Counted from the stretch's first letter, positions 9,954-20,528 are shown. The stretch: DNA of 64,000 bases from Chondromyces crocatus (GCF_001189295.1 NZ_CP012159.1:4168525-4232524), one strand, 5' to 3'. Notes: generated by a model not told the origin, from the letters alone. Numbers and translations: made by a program.

Positions 9954-10155
9954 TCCAGGCTCCCCGCGAGGCCGCCGACGGAACCACCGCCGTCCCTGCC
10001 GACCCGCTACCCAGACCGTCGGACCATCGTCAGCGACCTGGTCCCCTCGTTTCCAGACCGACACCCCCGTCCCCATCCCTGCACAGCGGGCGCGCTCCCC
10101 TCGGGCTGCAATGATTTCAAAGAGTTGACCCATCTCCTGAAGGAGGTCACCCCCA

Positions 10156-10520
10156 CCTCCTGGAGGAAAACGTCGATGTCCTCCAGGAGCTGGCGATGAA
10201 CCTGGAGGAGGTGCTCCGTCGTCCACCGGGACGAGGCGGACGTCCTGCCGGACGACGCCGAAGTCCTCCAGGAGGTGGGGGTGAGCCTGGAGGAGATGCC
10301 AGGTCGTCCTCGGGGAGGAGGCGGACGCCCTGCCGGACGACGCCGAAGTCCTCCAGGAGGTGGGGGTGAGCCTGGAGGAGATGCTCGGTCGTCCTGGAGG
10401 AGGAGGCGGACGTCCTGCTGGACGACGCGGAGGACCTCCAGGAGATGGCAGCGAACCTGGAGGAGGTGCCCGGTCATCCTGGAGGAGGAGACTGACGGCT
10501 TCCCGAGAGGCGTCGATGTC
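10156..10520. repeat. Tandem direct repeat, 85-bp unit x 4 plus a partial copy; each unit holds the near-palindrome cctccaggagg
   Basis: Units at 10156, 10241, 10326 and 10411 align nearly base-for-base (gacgacgccgaagtcctccaggaggtgggggtgagcctggaggagatg...). 85 is not divisible by 3, so a simple in-frame peptide repeat is unlikely. Confidence 0.8.
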
Positions 10521-11122
10521 CTCCGGGTCAGCCAAGGGTCGCGGGCGTGAGCCCCATGGCGTCGTGAGCCTCCGGTGCGATCATCCCTGGAACTGAATGC
10601 ATTGCGCGCAGACACGGTAATGTCGTGCCAGAGCCAATCGAATTCGTTCATGTTCACGAATGCCATGCATCCGTGCTGACGATGCCGCCCTCCTTCGCCG
10701 CTTTCGTCCCATTCGTACGAATTCCACGGAACGCCGCGCGATCCAGGCCAGCCCGCCACGGACAGGCCTGACGATGCAATCATCACCACCAGCGTACCAC
10801 CGCTTGCCGGATGATCCATCATGCGTCGCGCTGGGCGCGCACGCGTGCGCGTATGGCCCCTTCGCCCGCCGGTTTGCGTCCTTGGCGCTGCGGTCCGGTG
10901 AGACGTCAGAGAAGGTGGGCGCTGGCCATCCGGTCGAAGTTTGCTCGCTCCAGGGCGCGCATCATCTCACCGTGTAGGATAGGACACGGTTGAGGCAGTT
11001 GCTCACTCACCCCAACGCTTTCTGTCTGCGACTGTAGGGTAGGGGAGCATCGTCGGCGTTCTCGCTCCTGGCGAGCCAGCCTTCGCAGGCGCTCACGTCG
11101 ACTCAGGTGCTACACTCGCTTT

Positions 11123-12229
11123 GTGTCGCTGAAGATCGATCAGGACCACGGGCGTTTTCGTCAGATTGTCAGAGGACGAATCCGCCAGAATCTCCGCAAA
11201 TACATCTCGCAGGGGGAGCTCGTCGGTCGGAAGGGGAAGGACCTCGTATCCATCCCCATCCCGCAGATCGACATCCCTCGTTTCCGCTTTGGGGACAAGC
11301 AGAAAGGCGGCGTCGGACAGGGAGAAGGCAACCCTGGCGACCCGGTGAGTGCGGACGACAAGCATCCTGGTCAGGGCCAGGCGGGGTCGGGCGAAGGCGA
11401 ACACATTCTCGAAGTGGACGTCACCCTCGACGAGCTCGCCAGCATTCTGGGCGAGGAGCTCGAGCTTCCCGACATCCAGGACAAGGGAAAGAACAAGATC
11501 TCCAACGCGCACGACCGCTACTCGGGAATCCGGCGCGTCGGCCCGGAGTCGCTGCGCCATTTCAAGCGGACCTATCGTCAGGCGCTCCGCCGCATGATCT
11601 CCAGCGGGACCTTCCGCGCAGAGGCGCCTGTCGTCGTCCCCATCCCCGAGGACAAGCGTTACCGGTCGTGGAAGACGGTCACCGAGCCCGTGGCGAACGC
11701 GGTCATCATTTACATGATGGACGTCTCGGGTTCGATGGGCGACGAGCAGAAGGAGATCGTGCGCATCGAATCCTTCTGGATCGATGCCTGGCTCACCCGG
11801 CAATACAAGGGGCTGGAGTCTCGCTTCATCATTCACGATGCCGTCGCACGCGAGGTGGATCGGGAGACCTTCTTCCACACGCGCGAGTCAGGCGGCACGA
11901 TGATCTCGAGCGCTTACAAACTGTGCGCGCAGATCATCGACAACGATTATCCGCCTGCCGAATGGAACATCTATCCGTTCCATTTTTCCGACGGCGACAA
12001 CTGGTCGATGGACGACACCCTCTCGTGCGTCGACATCCTCAAGAATCAGCTCCTGCCTCGCGCGAACATGTTCGCCTATGGGCAGGTCGAGAGTCCCTAT
12101 GGATCCGGGCAGTTCATCAAGGATCTCAAGGAGCACTTCTCGCAAGACGACCGGGTCGTCCTCAGCGAGATTCGCGACAAGGACGCCATTGTGGGCAGCA
12201 TCAAGGAGTTCCTCGGGAAGGGGAAGTGA
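11123..12229 (+). CDS. yeaH: YeaH/YhbH family protein (DUF444)
   Basis: Conserved C-terminal block [31 protein letters not shown]...[63 protein letters not shown] matches the remembered E. coli YeaH region (MDVSGSM...ETGGTIVSSALKLM...WNIYAAQASDGDNW...). Confidence 0.85.
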   Translation: MSLKIDQDHGRFRQIVRGRIRQNLRKYISQGELVGRKGKDLVSIPIPQIDIPRFRFGDKQKGGVGQGEGNPGDPVSADDKHPGQGQAGSGEGEHILEVDVTLDELASILGEELELPDIQDKGKNKISNAHDRYSGIRRVGPESLRHFKRTYRQALRRMISSGTFRAEAPVVVPIPEDKRYRSWKTVTEPVANAVIIYMMDVSGSMGDEQKEIVRIESFWIDAWLTRQYKGLESRFIIHDAVAREVDRETFFHTRESGGTMISSAYKLCAQIIDNDYPPAEWNIYPFHFSDGDNWSMDDTLSCVDILKNQLLPRANMFAYGQVESPYGSGQFIKDLKEHFSQDDRVVLSEIRDKDAIVGSIKEFLGKGK

Positions 12230-12240
12230 GCTGAGGCGAG

Positions 12241-13809
12241 ATGAGCAAATTCGCGCTTAAGACAGCCCTGCCACGTTATCTGCGCGCCGAGCAGGAGCGC
12301 ATCGAATCCATCGCCCGCGGATACGGTCTCGATTTCTTCCCGGTGATCTTCGAAATCCTGTCGTACGACCAGATGAACGAGATCGCAGCGTACAGCGGTT
12401 TTCCTAGCCGCTATCCGCACTGGCGCTGGGGGATGGAGTACGAGCAGCTCTCGAAGAGCTACGAGTATGGCCTCTCCAAGATCTACGAGATGGTCATCAA
12501 CAACAACCCGTCGTACGCCTACCTGCTGGAAGGCAACTCGCTGACGGACCAGAAGCTGGTGATGGCCCACGTGTTCGCCCACGTGGATTTCTTCAAGAAC
12601 AACTTCTGCTTCCGCTCCACGGATCTCGACCAGCGTGGAGGCATCGTCGATCCCGTTCGGCGCCCCGGGAAATACGATCCCGATCGACGCTGGATCGACA
12701 AGATGGCCAATCACGGCTCACGAATCTCACGGCATATCGAGCGCCACGGTCTGAACAAGATCGAGGCCTTCGTCGATCAGTGCCTCTCCCTCGAAAACCT
12801 GATCGATCCCTGGGCGCCCTTCAGCGGCAAGCCGCCGCCGAGAGACGAGGAGAGCGAGAACGAGGAGGAGCCGTCGCTCGACGTCTACCGGCTCCGCGCG
12901 AAGCCCTACATGGACGAGTTCATCAATCCGGAAGAGGTGCTCGAAGCGCAACGCAAGAAGCGCCAGGAGCAGAAACGTCCGGAGCGGCGGGTACCCGAGC
13001 AGCCCGAGCGCGACGTGCTGAAGTTCCTGCTCGATCACGCCCCGCTGGAGCGGTGGGAGAGCGACGTGCTCGAGGTCTTGCGGGAGGAGGCGTACTACTT
13101 CACACCGCAGCGCCAGACCAAGATCATGAACGAGGGCTGGGCGAGCTACTGGCACTCCAAGATGCTCACCGAGAAGGTCCTGGATGCCTCCGAGATCATC
13201 GACTACGCGGAAAACAATGCGGGCGTGATGGCCACGGCCCCGGGGCGCCTCAATCCATACAAACTGGGGGTCGAGCTCTATCGCGATATCGAAACGCGGT
13301 GGAACAAGGGGCAGTTTGGTCGAGAGTGGGAGGAGTGTCAGGATCTGGATGCAAAGCGCTCGTGGGACATGCGTCTCGGACTCGGGCGCGAGAAGATCTT
13401 CCAGGTGCGAGCGCTCTACAATGACGTGACCTTCATCGATGAATTCCTCACACCGGAGTTCGTCATCGAGCACAAGATCTACACCTTCGGTTTCTCGGGA
13501 AGAAACGACAGGTACGAGATCGAGAGCCGTGAATTCAAGCAGGTGAAAGAGAAGCTCCTCTTTCAGCTGACGAATTTCGGTGACCCCTACATCCGCGTGG
13601 TCGACGCCAATTACGCGAATCGCGGGGAGCTGTTGCTGGAGCACCAGCACGGCGGTGTCGACCTCCGTGCCGATTACGCCAGGGAGACGCTCATTGCGCT
13701 GGTTCGAGTGTGGAAGCGGCCCGTCGGAATCGCGACACGATTGGAGAATAAGCCGGTGCTCCTCCGGTATGACGGCAAAGAGCACTCGATGACGCCATTC
13801 AAACTATGA
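12241..13809 (+). CDS. spoVR: SpoVR family protein
   Basis: N-terminal [41 protein letters not shown] is the SpoVR hallmark. It directly follows yeaH, the usual operon order. Confidence 0.85.
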   Translation: MSKFALKTALPRYLRAEQERIESIARGYGLDFFPVIFEILSYDQMNEIAAYSGFPSRYPHWRWGMEYEQLSKSYEYGLSKIYEMVINNNPSYAYLLEGNSLTDQKLVMAHVFAHVDFFKNNFCFRSTDLDQRGGIVDPVRRPGKYDPDRRWIDKMANHGSRISRHIERHGLNKIEAFVDQCLSLENLIDPWAPFSGKPPPRDEESENEEEPSLDVYRLRAKPYMDEFINPEEVLEAQRKKRQEQKRPERRVPEQPERDVLKFLLDHAPLERWESDVLEVLREEAYYFTPQRQTKIMNEGWASYWHSKMLTEKVLDASEIIDYAENNAGVMATAPGRLNPYKLGVELYRDIETRWNKGQFGREWEECQDLDAKRSWDMRLGLGREKIFQVRALYNDVTFIDEFLTPEFVIEHKIYTFGFSGRNDRYEIESREFKQVKEKLLFQLTNFGDPYIRVVDANYANRGELLLEHQHGGVDLRADYARETLIALVRVWKRPVGIATRLENKPVLLRYDGKEHSMTPFKL

Positions 13810-14260
13810 TTCGGGGGCTCCATTCGGCCTGTGCGGGCACCACGATGCCGCCCGTGAGGCGTCGTTTCACCATGGTCATGAGGTCAGTTCCTCCGCAGAT
13901 CCTCGTGGCGTCCTTGTGGAAAGCCACCGGGACACCGGACCTGAGCCACGTCGCGAGAAGCAGGCCGTTTGGAAATGAGGGCCGATATGGACGCGCTCCC
14001 AGGTTCATGTGAGCAAGATGCCTACATGCTTCCGTGAGTAGTGTCAGGTGTGTTGCTGGGGATACATTGTGGCGTGATGTGTGGCATGCTTGGTGCCTTC
14101 GGACGTGCCATCAAACCGTTCTGGCTCACAGCGGAGCGCGCAGCCGCATGCCGGAATCCGCGCGACACACTCGACGTGGCGACCCTGAACCGGGTAGCCT
14201 GTCCCGGTGCCCTGCCCCGAAGCTGACTTCCCACCGGGGTCGCTGTACACCGAGGCATTG

Positions 14261-14833
14261 ATGTCCGGCTCGAAGCGCTCCGATTCTGCTCTGACGATGC
14301 GCCCACCGCCCCTGACGGCCGAGTGTGGCTTGATCATCAACACCAGCTTCTCAGTAACTGGATTCGGAAAGCGGTGGACTCACTGTCACCAGCTTGCGAA
14401 CTACCTGGCCAGGTACGCCAGTGCGAACGAGAACGATCCGGAACGCACCTCGACGCTGCTTTCCACATTCTTCAACGAGCTTCTCGAGGCGATCTACCGG
14501 AATCATGCGCGCCGCGGGTTGATCAATATTACCTTCGAACGACGGCTCGATCGTGTTTGCGTCAAGGCCGAGGTGCCCGTCGACGAACAGAGTCTCGGCT
14601 TCTACAAGCGGACGATAGAACTCGCTTCGAATCCCGAACTCACGGCCTGGTACCGGGAGCGTCTGGAGAATGACATCTCCGAAGAGGATGCCGGCGCTCT
14701 CGGCCTTCTGGAGCTGACTGTGGTGTACGGAGCGCAGATCGCCATTCATGACGCACCCGGTCCTGACGGTAATGGTCGTCAATCCATCCAACTCTGGGTT
14801 GAATTCCCTTATTCGGAGCTCGACGAAGTATGA
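14261..14833 (+). CDS. HATPase-like Ser kinase of a partner-switching module (RsbW/SiaB-like), paralog A
   Basis: N-box-like FNELLEAIYRNHA and G-box-like GALGLLEL. Paralogous to the 18560 and 20519 proteins. The ORF is open from 14207; start is uncertain (14261 or 14297). Confidence 0.5.
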   Translation: MSGSKRSDSALTMRPPPLTAECGLIINTSFSVTGFGKRWTHCHQLANYLARYASANENDPERTSTLLSTFFNELLEAIYRNHARRGLINITFERRLDRVCVKAEVPVDEQSLGFYKRTIELASNPELTAWYRERLENDISEEDAGALGLLELTVVYGAQIAIHDAPGPDGNGRQSIQLWVEFPYSELDEV

Positions 14834-16065
14834 GTGTTTCGCTCGCGCCCGACTCCCAACTCCCCCCGTCTTCGGCGTCAGAGGGGGCATCCTGGCGTTC
14901 GTCGGTCAGCTTCAACATCAGGGTGAGTGAGCAGGAGCAGGAGGTCGCCTTCACCGGCATGCTCCGGCCCTTCGTCGCGGATCACATGAAGGCGATCCGG
15001 GCGACGCTGGAGACCGCGGCGAAGAATGCGCGTGGCGAGCTGCAGCTCGATTTCAAGCGCCTGAAGTACATGAACAGCGTGGCCTTCCTCGAGATCAATC
15101 GGTTCATCCGATGGGCCGTCGAGGCCAGGCCGGATCTCAAGATCGTCCTGATCATCTCCAGCGTCATCCCCTGGGCGATTCGCAAATTCCAGGTGATCGC
15201 GGAGCTGTATCCGAGCGTCTCCGTCGTGGTGTACGACAAGTCGCTGTATCCGATCCAGCAGGTGATCGAGGACGAGGATTTCGTCAACGTTCTCCGCACG
15301 CAGGAGAAGATCGTCTGGGAGGTCGAGCGAAAGATCATCTCTCGACACGGCCTGCGCCCCGGGATGCGGGTCGCGGACATCGCGTGTGGAATGGGAGATT
15401 TCGTGCTCCGTGTGCAGAAGGAGTTCAACCCGGAATACATCATCGGGGTGGACCATTCTCGTGCCTTCCTGCGCCATGCGCAGTCGCACGCAAAATCCCT
15501 GGGCCTGGAGAACATCGAGTATCAGTACGGAGATGCCGCTGCACTGCTGCTACCCGACGACTCGTTCGATTTCGTCAGCTGCAGGCTGGCGCTCCAGGTG
15601 TTCCACAGGCCCGAGCAGATGGTCCAGGAACTCTATCGAATCTGTCGACCAGGTGGGCGAGTCTATATCACCAATGAAATGATGTCGTGCGTGACCGGCT
15701 ATCCTGATCAAGCTTCGATTCGTCACGGGTATGATCGCTTCCTGGAGCTGAGTAGAATGGTAGGGATGGACTTCGACATCGGGGTCCGGACCATGAAGAT
15801 CTTGAAAAACGCAGGGCTGGAAGAGGTCAAAGGGGATCTCATCGGGATCGACAACATGAACAGCGATAGAGCCTATTTCGCCAAGGTGGTGGAAAGCTGG
15901 ATCGTTTCATCGGGGGACGTTGCCCGATCCGCAGAAGCGGACCCGAGAATCCACGAACAGATCGCCGCCGGCCTGAGGGCACATGTCGAAGCGATCCTCG
16001 GTGAGGGAGGCTATGCATCCTGGCCAATCTATGCAGGCTCCGGCCGAAAGCCGGTCCGGCCCTAG
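14830..16065 (+). CDS. Fusion protein: N-terminal DUF1987/SiaC-like domain plus C-terminal class I SAM-dependent methyltransferase
   Basis: N-domain VAFTGMLRPFVADHMKAIRATLE...LQLDFKRLKYMNSVAFLEINRFI is paralogous to the other two DUF1987-like domains in the cluster. C-domain has SAM motif I VADIACGMGDFVL and post-II CRPGGRVYI. The start overlaps the upstream stop (ATGA). Confidence 0.6.
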   Translation: MSVSLAPDSQLPPSSASEGASWRSSVSFNIRVSEQEQEVAFTGMLRPFVADHMKAIRATLETAAKNARGELQLDFKRLKYMNSVAFLEINRFIRWAVEARPDLKIVLIISSVIPWAIRKFQVIAELYPSVSVVVYDKSLYPIQQVIEDEDFVNVLRTQEKIVWEVERKIISRHGLRPGMRVADIACGMGDFVLRVQKEFNPEYIIGVDHSRAFLRHAQSHAKSLGLENIEYQYGDAAALLLPDDSFDFVSCRLALQVFHRPEQMVQELYRICRPGGRVYITNEMMSCVTGYPDQASIRHGYDRFLELSRMVGMDFDIGVRTMKILKNAGLEEVKGDLIGIDNMNSDRAYFAKVVESWIVSSGDVARSAEADPRIHEQIAAGLRAHVEAILGEGGYASWPIYAGSGRKPVRP

Positions 16066-16153
16066 CGAAGAGGACGGTTGACTCTGCTTGCATGGTGGAG
16101 CAGCAGTGATGGAAGGCTGGTCACTCAGATCTTAATGCAGGAGAGCTGATATC

Positions 16154-18535
16154 GTGTCGGCAAGGACGCATGATGAGCCTCAGCGAAAAGGGCCTCGCGG
16201 CCTGTTCGCCGGGCTGAAGAAATTCAATACGAAGTTCCTGCTGGTGACGGGGCTCAGCGTGATTATCGGCGCTGTGCTCAATATTGTCGTCGCGCGTCAG
16301 GGTATTCATTCGCTCAGTCAAAAATCTGCCTATGAAATCGAGAGTGGACTCAATACTGCGAACCGCGAATACATAACCAATCATCTCGCCGACAAGGCCC
16401 AGCAGACCAACTTCGTCCTTGGCCAGGCGTATGCGGATCTCCAGACCTTCGCCGACATCGTCCAGGAGATGGTCGATCACAAAGGGGAGCTCCAGCCAGT
16501 CCTCGATGCTGCTGCGGCGCTGCCGTTCTTGCACGACAAGCTCGAGTACAACGCCAAGGGCGACTGGTATCAGAATAAATCCGACGAGCAGACCGGGGTC
16601 GTGGTCTGGGGATACAATGGCAACAAGGGGACCATCGATCCCGCCGTCCAGAAGGCCGTGGACGACACTGCGCTCCTCGATCTGATTCTCCCCTCCTTCA
16701 AGCGACGTGGTTCCGAGAAGCTCCAGATCTATCTGGTAGGGCCGAAGAGCCACCCGTTCACCCGTGTCGCCGACTATGCCGACATGGGGACGAGCTTCGA
16801 CGCGACCTATCCTGGCCATAACGAGAAGAACTGGTACGACTTCTTCTTTCCGAACCTCGCGGAGAGCTGGCAGCAGTGGTTGAAGGACCCTGCGAAGCTG
16901 AAGGCCCTTCCGTCGACCGTCACCGTGACCCCCCCCTATGCGGACGCCGCTGGTGGCGGGATCGTGCTGACGGCCTTCAACCCCATCTGGACCAAGGATC
17001 GGAAAGACTTCGCCGGCGCGGCGGCGCTCGATTTCACGCTCGGTCAGCTCATCGACTCGATCAAGGACGTTCGCCTGGCCCAGACGGGCTTCGCGTTCCT
17101 GGTGCAGTCCGACGGCAACGTGCTCGCCGTGAACGAGTCGGGCGCCACCACGTTGCGCCTCAGCTCCGGCGCGAGCGAGGAGGGCAAGGGCGTCGGCATC
17201 CTGCAGCAGTACCTGAAGAACAGCGGTTCGGAGGCGGTCGCCTCTCTCGTGCTGCCCCAGGATGATCGGATCGACTACCACGAGATCACGATCGAGGGAG
17301 AAATCTACATCATCGCGCTCCAGCGGCTCGCACGCGTGAGCACCTGGATGGATGCGCGAGGCATCGTCCCCGAGCAGTGGACGATGGGCTTCGTGGTCCC
17401 CAAACGCGAAATGTACGCCTCGCTCGTCGCGGCGCAGTCGGCGATCGAGCAGAGTCGTACGAGCATCGTCACGATGCAGATCCTCATCACGGTGGGGCTG
17501 CTCGCGGCGCTGTTGCTCGGTGTGTATCTGGTGTCCCGCCGGATGACGGGGGCGCTGGTCGAACTCTCCACCGGCGCGACGCGCATGCGGGAAGGCGACT
17601 ACAGCGTCCGGATCGATGTCCAGTCCGAGGACGAGATCGGCCAGCTCGGCGTCGCCTTCAACGAGATGGCGAGCGAGATCGAGGCCTACACGAACAACCT
17701 CGAGGACCTCGTCAGCGAGCGGACCCGCGCCCTCGAAAAGGCGAACCAGGAGATCAGCGAGCTGAACGCGAAGCTGGCCCAGGAGAACATTCGCCTGGGT
17801 GCGGAGCTGAACGTGGCCCGTCAGCTCCAGCTGATGGTGCTCCCGGCGCCTCAGGAGCTGCAGGAGATTCAGGAACTCGACATCGCGGGGTACATGGCTC
17901 CTGCCGACGAGGTCGGTGGAGACTATTACGATGTGCTCCAGAGCGACGGAATGGTGAAGATCGGTATCGGCGACGTCACCGGTCACGGCCTGGAGAGCGG
18001 CGTGCTCATGCTGATGGTGCAGACCGCCGTCCGCACCTTGCTCGCCACCAATGAGCGCGACCCCAAGAAGTTCCTGAGCATCGTCAATAAAGTCATCTAT
18101 CAGAACATTCAGCGCATCAATTCGAACAAGAACATGTCGCTGACGCTTCTGGACTACAGCGACGGCTCGCTCAAGCTCACCGGGCAGCACGAAGACCTGA
18201 TCATCGTTCGCGCCGACGGGAGCCTCGAACGATTCGACACGATGGCGCTCGGGATGCCCATCGGGCTGGACCTCGAGATCGAGGACTTCATCTCCGATGC
18301 CGAGATCAAGCTAGAGGCGGGGGACGTAGTGACTCTGTTCAGCGACGGGATCACGGAAGCCGAGGATACCGCTGCCCAGCAGTACGGGATCGACCGCCTC
18401 TGCGACGTGATCAGCAAGAACCATCAGTGCTCATCCAAGGAGATCAAGGACGCGATCATTGAAGATGTGTTGGCTCATATCGGATACAACAAGGTCTATG
18501 ACGACATCACCGTGCTGGTCATCAAGCGGGTGTGA
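16154..18535 (+). CDS. Membrane sensor protein: periplasmic domain, HAMP, PP2C/SpoIIE Ser phosphatase (RsbU/SiaA-like)
   Basis: TM1 LLVTGLSVIIGAVLNIVVA, a periplasmic domain of about 430 aa, TM2 ILITVGLLAALLLGVYLV, HAMP (DEIGQLGVAFNEMASEIE), a coiled coil, then PP2C motifs (DIAGYMAPADEVGGDYYDV...IGDVTGHGLESG...FSDGITEA). Confidence 0.85.
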   Translation: MSARTHDEPQRKGPRGLFAGLKKFNTKFLLVTGLSVIIGAVLNIVVARQGIHSLSQKSAYEIESGLNTANREYITNHLADKAQQTNFVLGQAYADLQTFADIVQEMVDHKGELQPVLDAAAALPFLHDKLEYNAKGDWYQNKSDEQTGVVVWGYNGNKGTIDPAVQKAVDDTALLDLILPSFKRRGSEKLQIYLVGPKSHPFTRVADYADMGTSFDATYPGHNEKNWYDFFFPNLAESWQQWLKDPAKLKALPSTVTVTPPYADAAGGGIVLTAFNPIWTKDRKDFAGAAALDFTLGQLIDSIKDVRLAQTGFAFLVQSDGNVLAVNESGATTLRLSSGASEEGKGVGILQQYLKNSGSEAVASLVLPQDDRIDYHEITIEGEIYIIALQRLARVSTWMDARGIVPEQWTMGFVVPKREMYASLVAAQSAIEQSRTSIVTMQILITVGLLAALLLGVYLVSRRMTGALVELSTGATRMREGDYSVRIDVQSEDEIGQLGVAFNEMASEIEAYTNNLEDLVSERTRALEKANQEISELNAKLAQENIRLGAELNVARQLQLMVLPAPQELQEIQELDIAGYMAPADEVGGDYYDVLQSDGMVKIGIGDVTGHGLESGVLMLMVQTAVRTLLATNERDPKKFLSIVNKVIYQNIQRINSNKNMSLTLLDYSDGSLKLTGQHEDLIIVRADGSLERFDTMALGMPIGLDLEIEDFISDAEIKLEAGDVVTLFSDGITEAEDTAAQQYGIDRLCDVISKNHQCSSKEIKDAIIEDVLAHIGYNKVYDDITVLVIKRV

Positions 18536-18559
18536 CACAGGGGGAGACTGGGCATCACC

Positions 18560-19477
18560 ATGAGCGAAATCATCGGCGTATACTCACTGGATGATTCGTT
18601 CAGCGAGCACATGTCGCTGACGCTGTATCCGGATTCATTTCCGGTGAGGTGGAGCCTGTGCAACCTGACCGCGAACTTCATGGCGGAGTATTTTGGCGAG
18701 CTGTTTCCCGATGCGGACAGCGACGACAGGATGCTGAGCCGTGACGAGATTTCCGGCGCGGTAGGGTACGTGCTGAATGAACTTGTCGAGAATGCTGTCA
18801 AGTTCAACATGAACGGGGAGATCACGGTCACGGTCGGGCTGGGGCGAGAGGATCTGGTATGCCTCGTCAGCAATCAGATCCAGAACGCCTCCGTTCCTAA
18901 CTTGCGGCAGAAGCTGCTGGAACTCACACAGGAAGATCCTGGTGAACTCCTGCGTCGCCAGGCCGAGGCGAACTTCGAGGACGCGGAGAACACTGGTTCG
19001 GGGCTTGGCTACCTCATCATCATGAATGACTATGGGGTGAGCCTCGGTTGGAAGCTGGATCCGATCACGTCGAGCAGCTTCTGCATCAAGACAATGGCAC
19101 GGATCCCGATTCTGAACGAAAGGTCGAGAATGGAAATCAAGGGTGGAAACTACCGGGTTTGGTATGACGCGAACGAGGTGACAGTGTATTTCGAGGGGAT
19201 TCTTCGCCTGGGCGGCCCCCAGGAGTATGCCCCCATCGAGACGCTGCTCGACAAGGTCCTCGAGAGCAACCCGAGCAAGATCACTCTGGACCTCCGGGCA
19301 CTGAACTTCCTGAACAGCTCCGGGATCAACGTCCTCTACAAGTTCGCCATTGCGACGAGGAAGAAGGGCGAGCTGCAGCTGCTGGTCCGGGGCTCGAAAA
19401 ACGTACCCTGGCAAGGGAAGTCGCTACCCAACCTCAAGAAATTCAACCAAAACTTCGAGCTTACGCTTGTCGACTGA
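18560..19477 (+). CDS. Fusion protein: HATPase-like kinase domain (paralog B) plus C-terminal DUF1987/SiaC-like domain
   Basis: N-box VLNELVENAVKFN and G-box GSGLGYLII. C-terminus VTVYFEGILRLGGPQEYAPIETLLDKVL...ITLDLRALNFLNSSGINVLYKF matches the domain at 21053 (LTFEGAIRIDNPYRYLSGYLDEL...MDFVKMRFCNSNGFYVIMDIV). Confidence 0.6.
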   Translation: MSEIIGVYSLDDSFSEHMSLTLYPDSFPVRWSLCNLTANFMAEYFGELFPDADSDDRMLSRDEISGAVGYVLNELVENAVKFNMNGEITVTVGLGREDLVCLVSNQIQNASVPNLRQKLLELTQEDPGELLRRQAEANFEDAENTGSGLGYLIIMNDYGVSLGWKLDPITSSSFCIKTMARIPILNERSRMEIKGGNYRVWYDANEVTVYFEGILRLGGPQEYAPIETLLDKVLESNPSKITLDLRALNFLNSSGINVLYKFAIATRKKGELQLLVRGSKNVPWQGKSLPNLKKFNQNFELTLVD

Positions 19478-19553
19478 GCTTGAGTTCGGTGAAGTGTCTC
19501 CTTCAGCCCTGGCGGCCTTCGGGCATCGCCAGGCCGAGCGATGACGGCACCCC

Positions 19554-20528
19554 ATGAACACTGCGACCCGACCCAGGGGCGACGTGCAGAGGCAAACCAA
19601 CCTGGATGCCATTCGGTCGGTCGTCAAAGATCGATCGGCATGGGGAGATCTGCTCCGTGAGGAGAGACGCTTCATCGAGTTCATGGAGCGCTGTAACGCG
19701 CTGCTCGATTACGTCGACAAGCTGAAAGCCGATTTCGATGACCTCTCGTTGGTGCACGAGGCGATCCTCGAGCATGCGACGAGCATCGAAAACGAGATGG
19801 AACGGTACAACCGGGAGATCGGCGAAGATCTCGCTGTCGCACAGCGGGTCCAGCGCGCCCTTCTCCCGGATGCCGGCCACTCGTTCCACTCGGTCTTCGA
19901 GGTCGCCATCCACCACCGGCAGCTCGCAGAGGTGGGGGGTGACTACTACGATTTCTTTTCTTTTCCCGATGGCCGCTATGCCGTCGGGGTTTACGACATC
20001 TCCGGTCACGGCGTCTCCTCGGCGCTGATCATGGCCTTTCTGAAGTCGCAGTTCGCGCATGCGACGAAGGATCTCAGGGATCCGGGCGCGATCGTCGATT
20101 GGGTCAACCGGAGCGCTTACTCGTTCTTGCGCGAGGTCCGACGGTACTCGACGGTCAACTTCGTCGTGTTTACGCCCAGTTTTCTGCGATACGTTTCCGG
20201 CGGTGGCTATGGGTTGCTGGTGCGACGAGGGGCACCGCGCCACTTCAATCGGGTGAGTAACTTCATCGGATTGCGGCAGAAGCCGTTTCAGGAGTTCGAG
20301 CTGCCATTCGAGTCGAACGATGTGCTGGCGCTCTACACCGACGGCATGTTCGAAGCTCAGGGAGCCAACGGCGAGTCGTACTCCGTTCAGCGGCTCAACG
20401 ACATCGTCGTGAAGCACTGCGAAGAGCCGGTGCAGACGATCCTCGATCGGTGCATAGAAGACTACACGCGCTTCCGAGTGGCCGATACTGACGACATCAC
20501 GCTGATCATTCTGCGAAGGTGCGCCTGA
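19554..20528 (+). CDS. Cytoplasmic PP2C/SpoIIE-family Ser phosphatase
   Basis: AQRVQRALLP...GGDYYDFFSFPDGRYAVGVYDISGHGVSSALIMAF...LALYTDGMFEAQG. Confidence 0.8.
   Translation: MNTATRPRGDVQRQTNLDAIRSVVKDRSAWGDLLREERRFIEFMERCNALLDYVDKLKADFDDLSLVHEAILEHATSIENEMERYNREIGEDLAVAQRVQRALLPDAGHSFHSVFEVAIHHRQLAEVGGDYYDFFSFPDGRYAVGVYDISGHGVSSALIMAFLKSQFAHATKDLRDPGAIVDWVNRSAYSFLREVRRYSTVNFVVFTPSFLRYVSGGGYGLLVRRGAPRHFNRVSNFIGLRQKPFQEFELPFESNDVLALYTDGMFEAQGANGESYSVQRLNDIVVKHCEEPVQTILDRCIEDYTRFRVADTDDITLIILRRCA

Noticed and set aside
10007-10822. 271-aa minus-strand ORF (and 9933-10535, 10275-10550, 10360-10596) spanning the 85-bp repeat
   Set aside because: All six frames stay open through the repeat. The 85-bp period is not codon-compatible and no domain is recognisable. 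Interpreted as non-coding repeat rather than CDS.
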